Below are positions 47,621 through 60,874 of a stretch of 64,000 nucleotides of DNA, in pieces. Source of the stretch: Escherichia coli (GTDB lineage: Bacteria > Pseudomonadota > Gammaproteobacteria > Enterobacterales > Enterobacteriaceae); NCBI RefSeq assembly GCF_003334785.1, contig NZ_QOWV01000001.1; one strand, given 5' to 3'. The translations under genes and the position numbers were made by a program. The notes beneath the pieces are model-generated. The model was not told the origin of the DNA and made no database searches. It worked only from the letters and a program-made list of their open reading frames with translations. How positions within the stretch are numbered: the first letter of the stretch is position 1; the number at the start of each line of letters is the position of its first letter.

Positions 47621-47933
47621 CCTCTTCTCCTTTCGAGAGTCAGTGGTACGTCTGAAATCGATCAGACGCGATGCATTGCTCTGAAAGCATAGACGGGAAA
47701 TATGAGTTTGCTGTGACCATGAAATTTTTCGACTGAACGAAGCGTATGAAATTTGTGTTAGTTCAATAAAAACAATCAGATGAGACTAATCATCTCTTCA
47801 GCATTAGCGTTATGAATGAGTAATATAAATCGATAATACCGCCGCTGGGATATCGCGTATTTTCACCCATTGACAATGTTTTTGGCGGTGGCATGATGCG
47901 CATGAAATTTGAACTTCCTCACGGTTTTAATTC

Positions 47934-49082
47934 ATGTCCACGTATACCCAGCCTGTCATGCTTTTGCTGTCTGGCCTGCTTTTGTTGACTCTGGCGATTG
48001 CGGTGTTAAATACACTCGTGCCGCTTTGGCTCGCCCAGGAACACATGTCCACATGGCAGGTAGGCGTTGTCAGCTCATCCTATTTTACCGGCAACCTTGT
48101 CGGTACATTGCTGACAGGGTATGTCATTAAGCGCATTGGCTTTAACCGCAGCTATTATCTGGCCTCCTTCATTTTTGCCGCTGGCTGTGCCGGCCTTGGC
48201 CTGATGATTGGATTCTGGAGCTGGTTGGCTTGGCGTTTTGTCGCGGGCGTCGGCTGTGCCATGATTTGGGTGGTTGTTGAGAGCGCGCTGATGTGCAGTG
48301 GGACGTCACGTAACCGTGGGCGTTTGCTTGCTGCGTATATGATGGTTTATTACGTGGGAACGTTTTTAGGCCAGTTACTGGTCAGCAAAGTTTCAACCGA
48401 GCTGATGTCCGTATTGCCGTGGGTTACAGGTTTGACGTTGGCAGGGATCTTACCGCTGTTGTTTACGCGTGTGCTGAATCAGCAGGCTGAAAACCATGAT
48501 TCGACGTCAATTACGTCAATGCTAAAACTCCGTCAGGCGCGGCTTGGCGTGAATGGCTGCATTATCTCAGGAATCGTTCTGGGATCTCTATATGGCCTGA
48601 TGCCGCTGTACCTCAATCACAAAGGGGTGAGCAATGCCAGCATTGGTTTCTGGATGGCGGTACTGGTCAGTGCGGGTATCCTTGGACAATGGCCGATTGG
48701 ACGTCTGGCGGATAAGTTTGGTCGACTGCTGGTGTTGCGTGTTCAGGTCTTTGTCGTCATTCTCGGCAGTATCGCGATGCTTAGCCAGGCGGCGATGGCC
48801 CCAGCGTTATTCATCCTCGGTGCCGCTGGCTTTACGCTATATCCGGTGGCGATGGCATGGGCTTGCGAGAAAGTTGAACATCATCAACTGGTGGCGATGA
48901 ACCAGGCCTTACTGTTGAGCTATACTGTGGGAAGTCTGCTTGGCCCGTCATTTACCGCTATGCTAATGCAGAATTTCTCCGATAATTTATTGTTTATCAT
49001 GATCGCCAGCGTATCGTTTATCTATTTGCTGATGCTGCTGCGCAACGCCGGTCATACGCCGAAACCCGTTGCTCACGTGTAA
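47934..49082 (+). CDS. ycaD: MFS transporter YcaD
   Basis: 382 aa with about 12 predicted TM segments. Confidence 0.85.
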   Translation: MSTYTQPVMLLLSGLLLLTLAIAVLNTLVPLWLAQEHMSTWQVGVVSSSYFTGNLVGTLLTGYVIKRIGFNRSYYLASFIFAAGCAGLGLMIGFWSWLAWRFVAGVGCAMIWVVVESALMCSGTSRNRGRLLAAYMMVYYVGTFLGQLLVSKVSTELMSVLPWVTGLTLAGILPLLFTRVLNQQAENHDSTSITSMLKLRQARLGVNGCIISGIVLGSLYGLMPLYLNHKGVSNASIGFWMAVLVSAGILGQWPIGRLADKFGRLLVLRVQVFVVILGSIAMLSQAAMAPALFILGAAGFTLYPVAMAWACEKVEHHQLVAMNQALLLSYTVGSLLGPSFTAMLMQNFSDNLLFIMIASVSFIYLLMLLRNAGHTPKPVAHV

Positions 49083-49091
49083 ATGAATTCA

Positions 49092-49133
49092 AGCAGAGTG
49101 TGAACTTACTGTTTCACACTCTGCTTTTTTGTT
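49092..49133 (+). terminator. rho-independent terminator of ycaD
   Basis: agcagagtgtgaa-loop-ttcacactctgct stem followed by ttttttgttt. Confidence 0.75.
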
Positions 49134-49291
49134 TCTTCTATCTGACTTGCTTTATTCCAAATTTTATTCGTTTAAAAATAAAATGTGCAGCAGGTTATAA
49201 TTTTGCATTTCGCTATTTCCGCACTTCTTATTTGCCGCGCATAATCCCTCGTTTTACAGATGCCCCTTTAATTTTGGCGAAGGATTTGTCT

Positions 49292-50722
49292 ATGGCTGGG
49301 AATGTTCAGGAAAAACAGTTGCGATGGTACAACATTGCGCTGATGTCTTTTATCACTGTCTGGGGTTTTGGCAACGTTGTTAATAACTATGCCAACCAGG
49401 GGCTGGTGGTTGTTTTTTCATGGGTGTTTATCTTTGCACTCTATTTCACACCTTATGCGCTAATTGTTGGTCAGTTAGGCTCGACCTTCAAAGATGGGAA
49501 GGGCGGGGTCAGTACCTGGATTAAACACACGATGGGACCCGGACTGGCTTATCTCGCCGCGTGGACCTACTGGGTGGTGCATATTCCCTATCTGGCACAA
49601 AAACCCCAGGCAATTCTGATTGCGCTCGGTTGGGCGATGAAAGGCGACGGTTCGCTAATCAAAGAATATTCAGTCGTAGCGTTACAGGGGTTAACGCTGG
49701 TGCTGTTTATCTTCTTTATGTGGGTTGCTTCACGCGGTATGAAATCGCTGAAAATCGTCGGTTCTGTGGCAGGGATTGCTATGTTTGTTATGTCGCTCCT
49801 GTATGTGGCGATGGCGGTAACCGCGCCTGCAATTACTGAAGTGCATATTGCGACCACAAACATTACCTGGGAAACGTTCATTCCTCATATCGACTTTACC
49901 TACATTACCACTATTTCAATGCTGGTTTTCGCGGTTGGCGGAGCAGAGAAGATTTCTCCTTACGTTAATCAAACGCGCAACCCAGGAAAAGAATTTCCAA
50001 AAGGGATGTTATGCCTGGCGGTGATGGTTGCGGTTTGTGCCATTCTGGGCTCGCTGGCGATGGGGATGATGTTTGATTCGCGTAATATCCCGGATGACTT
50101 AATGACCAACGGTCAGTATTACGCCTTTCAGAAGCTGGGCGAGTATTACAACATGGGTAATACTTTAATGGTGATTTACGCCATTGCGAATACCCTGGGA
50201 CAAGTAGCGGCGCTGGTATTCTCGATTGATGCCCCGCTTAAAGTGCTATTAGGTGATGCTGACAGCAAATATATTCCAGCCAGTTTATGTCGTACCAACG
50301 CTTCTGGTACGCCCGTTAATGGCTATTTTCTGACCCTGGTACTGGTGGCGATTCTGATTATGCTGCCGACTCTCGGCATTGGTGATATGAACAATCTCTA
50401 TAAATGGCTGTTGAACCTTAATTCGGTAGTGATGCCGCTGCGTTATTTATGGGTATTTGTTGCATTTATTGCAGTCGTTCGCTTGGCGCAGAAATATAAA
50501 CCAGAATATGTCTTTATTCGTAATAAGCCTCTGGCAATGACCGTCGGGATTTGGTGTTTTGCCTTTACCGCCTTTGCCTGTTTGACGGGGATCTTCCCGA
50601 AAATGGAAGCCTTCACTGCAGAGTGGACCTTCCAGTTGGCGCTGAATGTTGCAACGCCGTTTGTGCTGGTAGGATTAGGACTGATATTCCCGCTGCTGGC
50701 GCGTAAAGCGAATAGTAAATAA
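49292..50722 (+). CDS. ycaM: APC-superfamily amino-acid transporter YcaM
   Basis: 476 aa from MAGNVQEKQLRWYNIALMSF; the track ORF start at 49100 runs through the ycaD terminator and is rejected. Confidence 0.8.
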   Translation: MAGNVQEKQLRWYNIALMSFITVWGFGNVVNNYANQGLVVVFSWVFIFALYFTPYALIVGQLGSTFKDGKGGVSTWIKHTMGPGLAYLAAWTYWVVHIPYLAQKPQAILIALGWAMKGDGSLIKEYSVVALQGLTLVLFIFFMWVASRGMKSLKIVGSVAGIAMFVMSLLYVAMAVTAPAITEVHIATTNITWETFIPHIDFTYITTISMLVFAVGGAEKISPYVNQTRNPGKEFPKGMLCLAVMVAVCAILGSLAMGMMFDSRNIPDDLMTNGQYYAFQKLGEYYNMGNTLMVIYAIANTLGQVAALVFSIDAPLKVLLGDADSKYIPASLCRTNASGTPVNGYFLTLVLVAILIMLPTLGIGDMNNLYKWLLNLNSVVMPLRYLWVFVAFIAVVRLAQKYKPEYVFIRNKPLAMTVGIWCFAFTAFACLTGIFPKMEAFTAEWTFQLALNVATPFVLVGLGLIFPLLARKANSK

Positions 50723-51631
50723 TTATTGTGGTCGGTGACGCTGACTCTGGCAGATCTGACCCGTTTTTACATAATCGAGAAATGCGCGCAAGCCGCAGGA
50801 CATATACTGGCGGTTTGGATAATAGATCTGGAAGCCTGGACGCTCTGTGCTCCAGTCTTCCAGTACACATTCTAAACGACCAGTATCAAGGTACTCCTTG
50901 ATCTGTTCATAGAGCAGATACCCGATACCAGCACCCATCAAAACGGCCTCCAGTTCAGCATCAACATCATCCAGAATGATATTTCCTGCGACAGCAATTT
51001 CCAGCTCCTTTGCAAATTGCCAGTGGAAAGGTTTGCCGCTGGGATAACGAAAAACAACACATTGATGATTAAGCAGATCATGAGGATGGCGGGGTTTGCC
51101 ATATCTTGCAAAGTACTCTGGCGTTGCTGCTACACATAATTTCACTGGCGGGCCGATCGCCACGCTGATCATATCTTTTTCGACGATGCAACTAAGTCGA
51201 ACGCCAGCGTCAAAGCCCTGTTGGACGATATCGACAAGAGAGTCGTCAGTTGTGAGCTCGACTTTAATATCAGGATATTCACGTGTGAAACCAACCAGTA
51301 AAGACATTAAAAATATACGTGCAGCTACCCGGGCGGCATTGATTTTGAGCGTTCCTGTCGGTGTCAGACGAAAATCATTCATCTCATCTAACATGATCTG
51401 AATTTCGTCGAAAGCTGGGCGCAATCGTTCATAGAGATTAGAACCCGCTTCCGTTAACGATACGCTTCGGGTTGTCCGATTGAATAAGCGAATTTTAAGA
51501 CGTTGTTCCAGTGTTTTAATACTATGGCTAATGGCGGACGAGGATAAGCCTAACTCATCGCCCGCTGCACGAAAGCTTTGATTACGGGCCACGGCAAAGA
51601 AAGTGGCAAAGTCAGACATATTCATCCGCAT
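50723..51631 (-). CDS. ycaN: LysR-family transcriptional regulator YcaN
   Basis: 302 aa; N-terminal HTH plus LysR substrate-binding domain; divergent from ycaK. Confidence 0.85.
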   Translation of the reverse strand: MRMNMSDFATFFAVARNQSFRAAGDELGLSSSAISHSIKTLEQRLKIRLFNRTTRSVSLTEAGSNLYERLRPAFDEIQIMLDEMNDFRLTPTGTLKINAARVAARIFLMSLLVGFTREYPDIKVELTTDDSLVDIVQQGFDAGVRLSCIVEKDMISVAIGPPVKLCVAATPEYFARYGKPRHPHDLLNHQCVVFRYPSGKPFHWQFAKELEIAVAGNIILDDVDAELEAVLMGAGIGYLLYEQIKEYLDTGRLECVLEDWSTERPGFQIYYPNRQYMSCGLRAFLDYVKTGQICQSQRHRPQ

Positions 51632-51730
51632 TAGTGAAAATCCTTCATTAACTCATCCTGAATCATCACGTTTACAGGATTATGCCGCCTGCGTAAAGTG
51701 CGCTCCAGAACTTAACGTGGAGGTAAAATT

Positions 51731-52321
51731 ATGCAGTCTGAACGTATTTATTTGGTATGGGCCCATCCTCGTCATGATTCATTGACCGCACATATTGCTG
51801 ATGCGATCCATCAGCGGGCAATGGAGCGGAAAATACAGGTGACGGAACTCGATTTATATCGGCGTAATTTCAACCCAGTGATGACGCCGGAAGATGAACC
51901 AGACTGGAAGAATATGGATAAACGTTATTCTCCAGAGGTTCATCAGCTTTATTCAGAGCTGCTTGAACATGACACGTTAGTGGTGGTTTTTCCTCTCTGG
52001 TGGTACAGCTTCCCGGCAATGCTAAAAGGATATATTGACAGAGTATGGAATAATGGGCTGGCTTATGGAGATGGGCACAAATTACCATTCAATAAAGTTC
52101 GTTGGGTGGCGCTGGTTGGAGGAGACAAAGAATCATTTGTCCAGATGGGCTGGGAAAAAAATATAAGCGATTATTTAAAAAATATGTGCAGTTATCTTGG
52201 TATTGAAGATGCCGATGTCACTTTCTTGTGTAATACAGTGGTATTCGATGGGGAAGAACTTCACGCGAGCTATTATCAGTCGTTATTATCTCAGGTACGG
52301 GATATGGTAGATGCACTATAA
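51731..52321 (+). CDS. ycaK: NAD(P)H dehydrogenase (quinone)-like flavodoxin-fold protein YcaK
   Basis: 196-aa ORF with flavodoxin-like fold. Confidence 0.85.
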   Translation: MQSERIYLVWAHPRHDSLTAHIADAIHQRAMERKIQVTELDLYRRNFNPVMTPEDEPDWKNMDKRYSPEVHQLYSELLEHDTLVVVFPLWWYSFPAMLKGYIDRVWNNGLAYGDGHKLPFNKVRWVALVGGDKESFVQMGWEKNISDYLKNMCSYLGIEDADVTFLCNTVVFDGEELHASYYQSLLSQVRDMVDAL

Positions 52322-52360
52322 GATGTGTTAAAAACGCTGTAGCAGAATGAAGCGCGGAAT

Positions 52361-52393
52361 AAAAAAGCGGCAACTCAATAAAGTTGCCGCTTT
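52361..52393. terminator. terminator hairpin between ycaK and pflA (stronger for pflA)
   Basis: gcggcaact-caataa-agttgccgc stem; 6-nt U-run on the minus strand, short T-run on the plus strand. Confidence 0.65.
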
Positions 52394-52402
52394 ACGGGGA
52401 AA

Positions 52403-53143
52403 TTAGAACATTACCTTATGACCGTACTGCTCAAGAATGCCTTTCACGCGTTCCATGGTCTCTTTCTTCGGTGGTTTAACACCGTCGAGTTTGTACTCTT
52501 CACCCATTGCCACCCATTTGTGTTTGCCCAGCTCGTGGTAGGGGAGAAGCTCGATTTTCTCAACGTTGCCCATATCACGGGTAAATTCACCGAGGCGATG
52601 CGCTGAATCGTCATCGTCAGACCAGCCTGGGACAACAACGTAGCGGATCCACACCTTCACATTTTTGTTCGCCAGATATTTAGCGAACTCCAGCGTGCGG
52701 TGGTTGGAAACTCCAACCAGATTTTGGTGGATCTCGTCGTTCATCTGTTTGAGATCGAGCATTACCAGGTCGGTTACTTCCAGCAGTTCATCAATCACCG
52801 GATCGTAACGACGAACAAAACCGTTGGTGTCCAGACAGGTATGAATGCCTTCTTTTTTGCAGGCGCGGAACCAGTCACGAACAAACTCAGCTTGCAGGAT
52901 TGCTTCACCGCCGGATGCGGTAACGCCGCCGCCGGAAGCGTTCATAAAGTGGCGATAGGTCACCACTTCCTTCATCAAATCTTCAACGGTAACTTCTTTA
53001 CCGCCATGCGTGTCCCAGGTGTCGCGGTTATGACAATACAGGCAGCGCATCAGGCAGCCCTGGAAAAAGGTGATAAAGCGAATACCTGGGCCGTCTACGG
53101 TTCCACAGGATTCAAAGGAGTGAATGCGACCAATAACTGACAT
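52403..53143 (-). CDS. pflA: pyruvate formate-lyase activating enzyme
   Basis: 246 aa from [15 protein letters not shown]; radical-SAM CxxxCxxC ([10 protein letters not shown]). Confidence 0.95.
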   Translation of the reverse strand: MSVIGRIHSFESCGTVDGPGIRFITFFQGCLMRCLYCHNRDTWDTHGGKEVTVEDLMKEVVTYRHFMNASGGGVTASGGEAILQAEFVRDWFRACKKEGIHTCLDTNGFVRRYDPVIDELLEVTDLVMLDLKQMNDEIHQNLVGVSNHRTLEFAKYLANKNVKVWIRYVVVPGWSDDDDSAHRLGEFTRDMGNVEKIELLPYHELGKHKWVAMGEEYKLDGVKPPKKETMERVKGILEQYGHKVMF

Positions 53144-53260
53144 TGCGGTGTTTCTCCAGATGTGGCCCATCTGAGGCCGTGTTGGTGCGCAGCTCGAAGG
53201 CTACGTCGAGTCTGTTTTGGCAGTCACCTTAAAGTATAGATAGCTGACAAAAAAGGCTCT

Positions 53261-53292
53261 CGCGCTAAAAAAGGCCCCACTTTCGTGGAGCC
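53261..53292 (-). terminator. rho-independent terminator downstream of pflB
   Basis: ggcuccac-gaaa-guggggcc stem (one G-U pair) followed by a U-run on the minus strand. Confidence 0.65.
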
Positions 53293-53334
53293 TTTATTGT
53301 ACGCTTTTTACTGTACGATTTCAGTCAAATCTAA

Positions 53335-55617
<2,283 letters not shown>

Positions 55618-55671
55618 GTAACACCTACCTTCTTAAGTGGATTTTTTATTTACTGCGTACTTCGACAACCA

Positions 55672-56529
55672 TTAATGGTGGTCGTTTTCACGCAGGTAAA
55701 TGACCCAGTATGTCAACCCAACCAACAAACCACCACCGATAATGTTGCCGATCGTAACCGGAATCAGGTTATCAGTGATGAAATTCATCACGGTCAGGTG
55801 AGAAAAATTTTCCGGTGCAGAACCGACTGCGGTCCAAAATTCCGGGGATGCGAAGTCGCGGATTACAATACCCATCGGGATCATAAACATGTTTGCGATA
55901 CTGTGCTCAAAACCGCTGGCAACAAACATCGCGACCGGCAGCACCATAATGAACGCTTTGTCCATCAGGCTGCGGCCAGAATAACTCATCCATACTGCCA
56001 GACATACCATCAGGTTTGCCAGGATACCAAGACAGACGGCCTCAATAAAAGTATGGTGCACTTTGTGGTCGGCGGTTTGTAGGACGTTTAGTCCCCATTG
56101 ACCATTTGCGGTCATATACTCGCCGGAAAGCCACATTAAAAGTACAAACAGCAGTGCGCCGACCAGGTTGCCAAAATAGACATTTAGCCAGTTTTTCGCC
56201 AACTGACCCCAGGTGATGCGCCCACTCGCCTTAGCAACAACAATCAACACGGTGGAAGTAAAGAGATCGGCTCCGCAGACAACACAAAGAATCAGCCCCA
56301 GAGAGAAGCAAATGCCGCCAACCAGTTTTGCCATGCCGAAGGGCATTGTGCCTGTGCCAGTGGTTGCTGTGATATAGAAGACGAATGCGATTGAGATGAA
56401 AACACCGGCGGTAATCGCCAGATAGAAAGTCTTAAGCGGATGTTTCGTTGCTTTATAGACACCCGCCTCTTCGGCCACTTTGGCCATTGCAGCAGGAAGT
56501 AAAAGATCAAAAGGGTTGTCAGCTTTCAC
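55672..56529 (-). CDS. focA: formate channel FocA
   Basis: 285 aa; GTG start at 56527-56529 (V-KADNPFDLLLPAAMAK); FNT-family membrane protein. Confidence 0.9.
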   Translation of the reverse strand: MKADNPFDLLLPAAMAKVAEEAGVYKATKHPLKTFYLAITAGVFISIAFVFYITATTGTGTMPFGMAKLVGGICFSLGLILCVVCGADLFTSTVLIVVAKASGRITWGQLAKNWLNVYFGNLVGALLFVLLMWLSGEYMTANGQWGLNVLQTADHKVHHTFIEAVCLGILANLMVCLAVWMSYSGRSLMDKAFIMVLPVAMFVASGFEHSIANMFMIPMGIVIRDFASPEFWTAVGSAPENFSHLTVMNFITDNLIPVTIGNIIGGGLLVGLTYWVIYLRENDHH

Positions 56530-56589
56530 ACTAACTCTCTCTTTATTAAGTCGGCGACGAGATACTAACAAAGCATTATAGATGAGAAA

Positions 56590-56603
56590 TTGATATAGAT
56601 CAT
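56590..56603. promoter_or_regulatory. candidate FNR site in focA-pflB promoter region
   Basis: ttgat-atag-atcat is a 9/10 match to TTGAT-N4-ATCAA about 60 bp upstream of the focA start. Confidence 0.45.
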
Positions 56604-56934
56604 ATCTCGCCTGGCTTATAGGCCCGTAACTCGCATGGTTTTTATGCAAATACGGAGTAAATATTTGATTATCCAAATAAAAATAAATTTTAAAAATTAA
56701 CAAATGAGTTGAATTTTTTCCGCATCCTCCGCTAAAACAGTTAATTAAAAGGGAGCATCAGGCGAATAAAGTAACAATATCGATCGTATTTATTAAATAC
56801 AAATTACCGATATTTAACCTTATAATTACAATTATTTTATTAATGCAAATATATGTAAAGCGGGGCATTAAAAAAACGCCCCGTAATATAACTCAGACTA
56901 ATCATTAAGCCTACATTGCGTAGGCTATTTGATT

Positions 56935-58695
56935 TTATTTTGCCCAGAATGCTGCTTTGGCGCGCTGCAGCTTTTCGTAGGCCTTCAACAACGACTGATG
57001 TGCAGCAAACGCGTGCAGATCGCTATCTACCGGTTGCAGGCCGTAAAACGCCGCTTCGCCGCTCATTGCCGCACTGGCGGCTTCTACGGCATCTGCGCCG
57101 TACATGCGAACAAACGCATTCAGATATTGCAGCGGCTGGCGATCTTCTTCCTGTGCCAGTAATAACAACGTTTGCAGGCAGCGATAATAGTTGGCGCGTT
57201 CCGGACTAAATACTGATGAGTTAAACTCCATCGTCCATTCGGTCCAGACCAGAGCCTGTTCCAGATCGCCACCAGCCAGCGCCAGCATGGCTTTTAATTC
57301 ACCGATACGCAGGGTGTACCAACCGTTATCCGACCCGGTCGCCAGACCCAACAGCTCACGCACGCGGGTAAAGTCATCAAAACCTTCTTCATCCAGTTGC
57401 TCGATGAGGTTCAGGTAATCTTCTTTTTCCCACTCGCTGCCTGGTAGCGAAAGAATCGTTTCACGTAAATGGCTGCCCATACTGTTATTCGCGAGCCACA
57501 GATCTTCAGCCGGATAAATATCGGACATGCCAGGCACGATAATACGGCAAGCATAAACGCCCAGATGCTCGTAATCGGCAATATAAACTTCTTTATCTTC
57601 TTTGTTGAAGATAGCCATCAGTGTGGCGAACTCTTCTTCCGTGGTGCCGGAGAAATTCCAGTCCACAAACGGATAATCGGCATCCTGCTTGAACAGGTCC
57701 CAGGAGATTAAACCGCTGGAATCGATAAAGTGCGTTTCGAGGTTGGTATGTTCAGCGACTTCTTCATCATCGAAGGTTGGCGGAGTAAACACATCCAAAT
57801 CTTTCAGGCCACGACCTTGCAGCAGCTCGGTCACGGTACGTTCCAGTGCTACGCCAAAATCAGGATGCGCACCGAAAGAGGCAAAGCAGGTACCGTTAGC
57901 AGGATTGAACAGTACCACGCAAATCACCGGATACTGGCCGCCAAGCGAACCGTCATAAGCGAAGATTGGGAAACCCTCCGCTTCCAGCGTTTCGATGGCT
58001 TCAACTACTGCTGGGTAACGCGCCAGCACGTCTGCCGGGATCTCTGGCAGGCTGATGCTTTCAGCAATAATGCGGTTTTTCACGTAGCGTTCGAAAACTT
58101 CAGACAATCCCTGAACGCGTGCTTCGTTGCGGGTATTACCTGCGGACATACCGTTGGAGACGTACAGGTTACCAATGATATTCATCGGAATATAAACGGT
58201 CTGATTGTCGGACTGACGCGTAAACGGCAGGCCGCAAATACCACGATCTTCGTTACCGGATTGTAGGTCAATCAGCATGCTGCCGGTCAGTTCATTCTCC
58301 GGATCATAAAACGCGCGCAGACGGTCATCGAGCAGCCCTTCTGGCACATCGTCATTTTCGGTCAGTGGGAACCATTTTTCGTTGGGATAATGCACGAACG
58401 GACCGTTGGCGATGGTTTCGCCCAGCCAGAAGTCCGCAAAAAAGTAGTTGGTTGAGAGACGCTCGAAATATTCACCGAGTGCAGAAGCCAGCGCCGCTTT
58501 CTTGGTTGCGCCTTTACCGTTGGTAAAACACAGTGCGCACTCTTTGTCGCGAATATGTACAGACCAGACGTTAGGCACGGGATTCAGCCAGGAGGCCTCT
58601 TCAATCTGAAAGCCGAGGTCTGAAAGTTTTTGCTGGAAGCGAGCGATGGAATCTTCCAGAGCGGCATCTTTGCCGGGGATAAATGTTTGCGTCAT
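56935..58695 (-). CDS. ycaO: YcaO-family ATP-dependent protein
   Basis: 586 aa from MTQTFIPGKDAALEDS; YcaO superfamily domain. Confidence 0.9.
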   Translation of the reverse strand: MTQTFIPGKDAALEDSIARFQQKLSDLGFQIEEASWLNPVPNVWSVHIRDKECALCFTNGKGATKKAALASALGEYFERLSTNYFFADFWLGETIANGPFVHYPNEKWFPLTENDDVPEGLLDDRLRAFYDPENELTGSMLIDLQSGNEDRGICGLPFTRQSDNQTVYIPMNIIGNLYVSNGMSAGNTRNEARVQGLSEVFERYVKNRIIAESISLPEIPADVLARYPAVVEAIETLEAEGFPIFAYDGSLGGQYPVICVVLFNPANGTCFASFGAHPDFGVALERTVTELLQGRGLKDLDVFTPPTFDDEEVAEHTNLETHFIDSSGLISWDLFKQDADYPFVDWNFSGTTEEEFATLMAIFNKEDKEVYIADYEHLGVYACRIIVPGMSDIYPAEDLWLANNSMGSHLRETILSLPGSEWEKEDYLNLIEQLDEEGFDDFTRVRELLGLATGSDNGWYTLRIGELKAMLALAGGDLEQALVWTEWTMEFNSSVFSPERANYYRCLQTLLLLAQEEDRQPLQYLNAFVRMYGADAVEAASAAMSGEAAFYGLQPVDSDLHAFAAHQSLLKAYEKLQRAKAAFWAK

Positions 58696-58824
58696 GAAAA
58701 TCACTTTAGTCGTACGGAAAGCGCGCAATAATACGGGTTTTATCTCAAAGGCGCTATCACCGCCGCCATGCCGATGAACTGTTGACTATGCTTTTAGCGG
58801 ATAAACCACGTTAAGAGCATAAAA

Positions 58825-59517
58825 ATGAAGGCGTTCGATCTCCACCGTATGGCATTTGATAAAGTGCCTTTTGATTTCCTTGGCGAAGTTGCACTACGTA
58901 GTCTTTATACCTTTGTACTGGTCTTTTTGTTCCTCAAAATGACCGGAAGACGCGGTGTGCGGCAGATGTCGCTGTTTGAAGTTTTAATCATTCTGACGCT
59001 GGGATCAGCGGCGGGAGATGTGGCGTTTTATGATGATGTGCCGATGGTCCCGGTACTTATCGTCTTTATTACTCTGGCGTTGTTATACCGCCTGGTAATG
59101 TGGTTGATGGCGCACAGTGAAAAACTGGAAGATCTTCTGGAAGGCAAGCCAGTTGTCATTATTGAAGATGGCGAGCTGGCCTGGTCGAAACTCAATAACT
59201 CCAACATGACGGAATTTGAGTTCTTTATGGAGCTACGATTGCGTGGCGTGGAGCAGCTGGGGCAGGTACGTCTGGCGATTCTCGAAACCAACGGGCAAAT
59301 CAGTGTCTATTTCTTTGAAGATGACAAGGTGAAACCGGGTTTACTTATTTTACCCAGTGATTGTACGCAGCGTTACAAAGTGGTGCCGGAGTCGGCGGAC
59401 TATGCCTGTATTCGTTGTAGTGAAATCATTCATATGAAAGCGGGGGAAAAACAATTATGTCCGCGCTGTGCAAATCCAGAATGGACGAAGGCAAGTCGGG
59501 CAAAACGGGTGACCTGA
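58825..59517 (+). CDS. ycaP: DUF421 family inner membrane protein YcaP
   Basis: 230 aa; N-terminal TM segments; C-terminal CIRC...CPRC Cys pairs. Confidence 0.8.
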   Translation: MKAFDLHRMAFDKVPFDFLGEVALRSLYTFVLVFLFLKMTGRRGVRQMSLFEVLIILTLGSAAGDVAFYDDVPMVPVLIVFITLALLYRLVMWLMAHSEKLEDLLEGKPVVIIEDGELAWSKLNNSNMTEFEFFMELRLRGVEQLGQVRLAILETNGQISVYFFEDDKVKPGLLILPSDCTQRYKVVPESADYACIRCSEIIHMKAGEKQLCPRCANPEWTKASRAKRVT

Positions 59518-59715
59518 CAGTAAAAACATCGGCTTTTTGCTAATAATCCGAGAGATTCTTTTGTGTGATGCAAGCCACATTTTTGCCCTCAACGGTTTTA
59601 CTCATTGCGATGTGTGTCACTGAATGATAAAACCGATAGCCACAGGAATAATGTATTACCTGTGGTCGCAATCGATTGACCGCGGGTTAATAGCAACGCA
59701 ACGTGGTGAGGGGAA

Positions 59716-60804
59716 ATGGCTCAAATCTTCAATTTTAGTTCTGGTCCGGCAATGCTACCGGCAGAGGTGCTTAAACAGGCTCAACAGGAACTGCGCGACT
59801 GGAACGGTCTTGGTACGTCGGTGATGGAAGTGAGTCACCGTGGCAAAGAGTTCATTCAGGTTGCAGAGGAAGCCGAGAAGGATTTTCGCGATCTTCTTAA
59901 TGTCCCCTCCAACTACAAGGTATTATTCTGCCATGGCGGTGGTCGCGGTCAGTTTGCTGCGGTACCGCTGAATATTCTCGGTGATAAAACCACCGCAGAT
60001 TATGTTGATGCCGGTTACTGGGCGGCAAGTGCCATTAAAGAAGCGAAAAAATACTGCACGCCTAATGTCTTTGACGCCAAAGTGACTGTTGATGGTCTGC
60101 GCGCGGTTAAGCCAATGCGTGAATGGCAACTCTCTGATAATGCTGCTTATATGCATTATTGCCCGAATGAAACCATCGATGGTATCGCCATCGACGAAAC
60201 GCCAGACTTCGGCGCAGATGTGGTGGTCGCCGCTGACTTCTCTTCAACCATTCTTTCCCGTCCGATTGACGTCAGCCGTTATGGTGTAATTTACGCTGGC
60301 GCGCAGAAAAATATCGGCCCGGCTGGCCTGACAATCGTCATCGTTCGTGAAGATTTGCTGGGCAAAGCGAATATCGCGTGTCCGTCGATTCTGGATTATT
60401 CCATCCTCAACGATAACGGCTCCATGTTTAACACGCCGCCGACATTTGCCTGGTATCTATCTGGTCTGGTCTTTAAATGGCTGAAAGCGAACGGCGGTGT
60501 AGCTGAAATGGATAAAATCAATCAGCAAAAAGCAGAACTGCTATATGGGGTGATTGATAACAGCGATTTCTACCGCAATGACGTGGCGAAAGCTAACCGT
60601 TCGCGGATGAACGTGCCGTTCCAGTTGGCGGACAGTGCGCTTGACAAATTGTTCCTTGAAGAGTCTTTTGCTGCTGGCCTTCATGCACTGAAAGGTCACC
60701 GTGTGGTCGGCGGAATGCGCGCTTCTATTTATAACGCCATGCCGCTGGAAGGCGTTAAAGCGCTGACAGACTTCATGGTTGAGTTCGAACGCCGTCACGG
60801 TTAA
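59716..60804 (+). CDS. serC: phosphoserine aminotransferase
   Basis: 362 aa [19 protein letters not shown]...; class V aminotransferase. Confidence 0.97.
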   Translation: MAQIFNFSSGPAMLPAEVLKQAQQELRDWNGLGTSVMEVSHRGKEFIQVAEEAEKDFRDLLNVPSNYKVLFCHGGGRGQFAAVPLNILGDKTTADYVDAGYWAASAIKEAKKYCTPNVFDAKVTVDGLRAVKPMREWQLSDNAAYMHYCPNETIDGIAIDETPDFGADVVVAADFSSTILSRPIDVSRYGVIYAGAQKNIGPAGLTIVIVREDLLGKANIACPSILDYSILNDNGSMFNTPPTFAWYLSGLVFKWLKANGGVAEMDKINQQKAELLYGVIDNSDFYRNDVAKANRSRMNVPFQLADSALDKLFLEESFAAGLHALKGHRVVGGMRASIYNAMPLEGVKALTDFMVEFERRHG

Positions 60805-60823
60805 TGCCGAAATTTTGCTTAAT

Positions 60824-60853
60824 CCCCACAGCCAGCCTGTGGGGTTTTTATTT
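60824..60853 (+). terminator. intrinsic terminator/attenuator between serC and aroA
   Basis: ccccacag-ccagc-ctgtgggg stem followed by tttttattt. Confidence 0.75.
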
Positions 60854-60874
60854 CTGTTGTAGAGAGTTGAGTTC

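Noticed and set aside
56935-58695. ycaO as the core of a local RiPP/TOMM biosynthetic cluster
   Set aside because: No precursor peptide, dehydrogenase or partner-protein ORF is present in the flanks; the neighbours are focA and ycaP. Stand-alone YcaO is the simpler reading.
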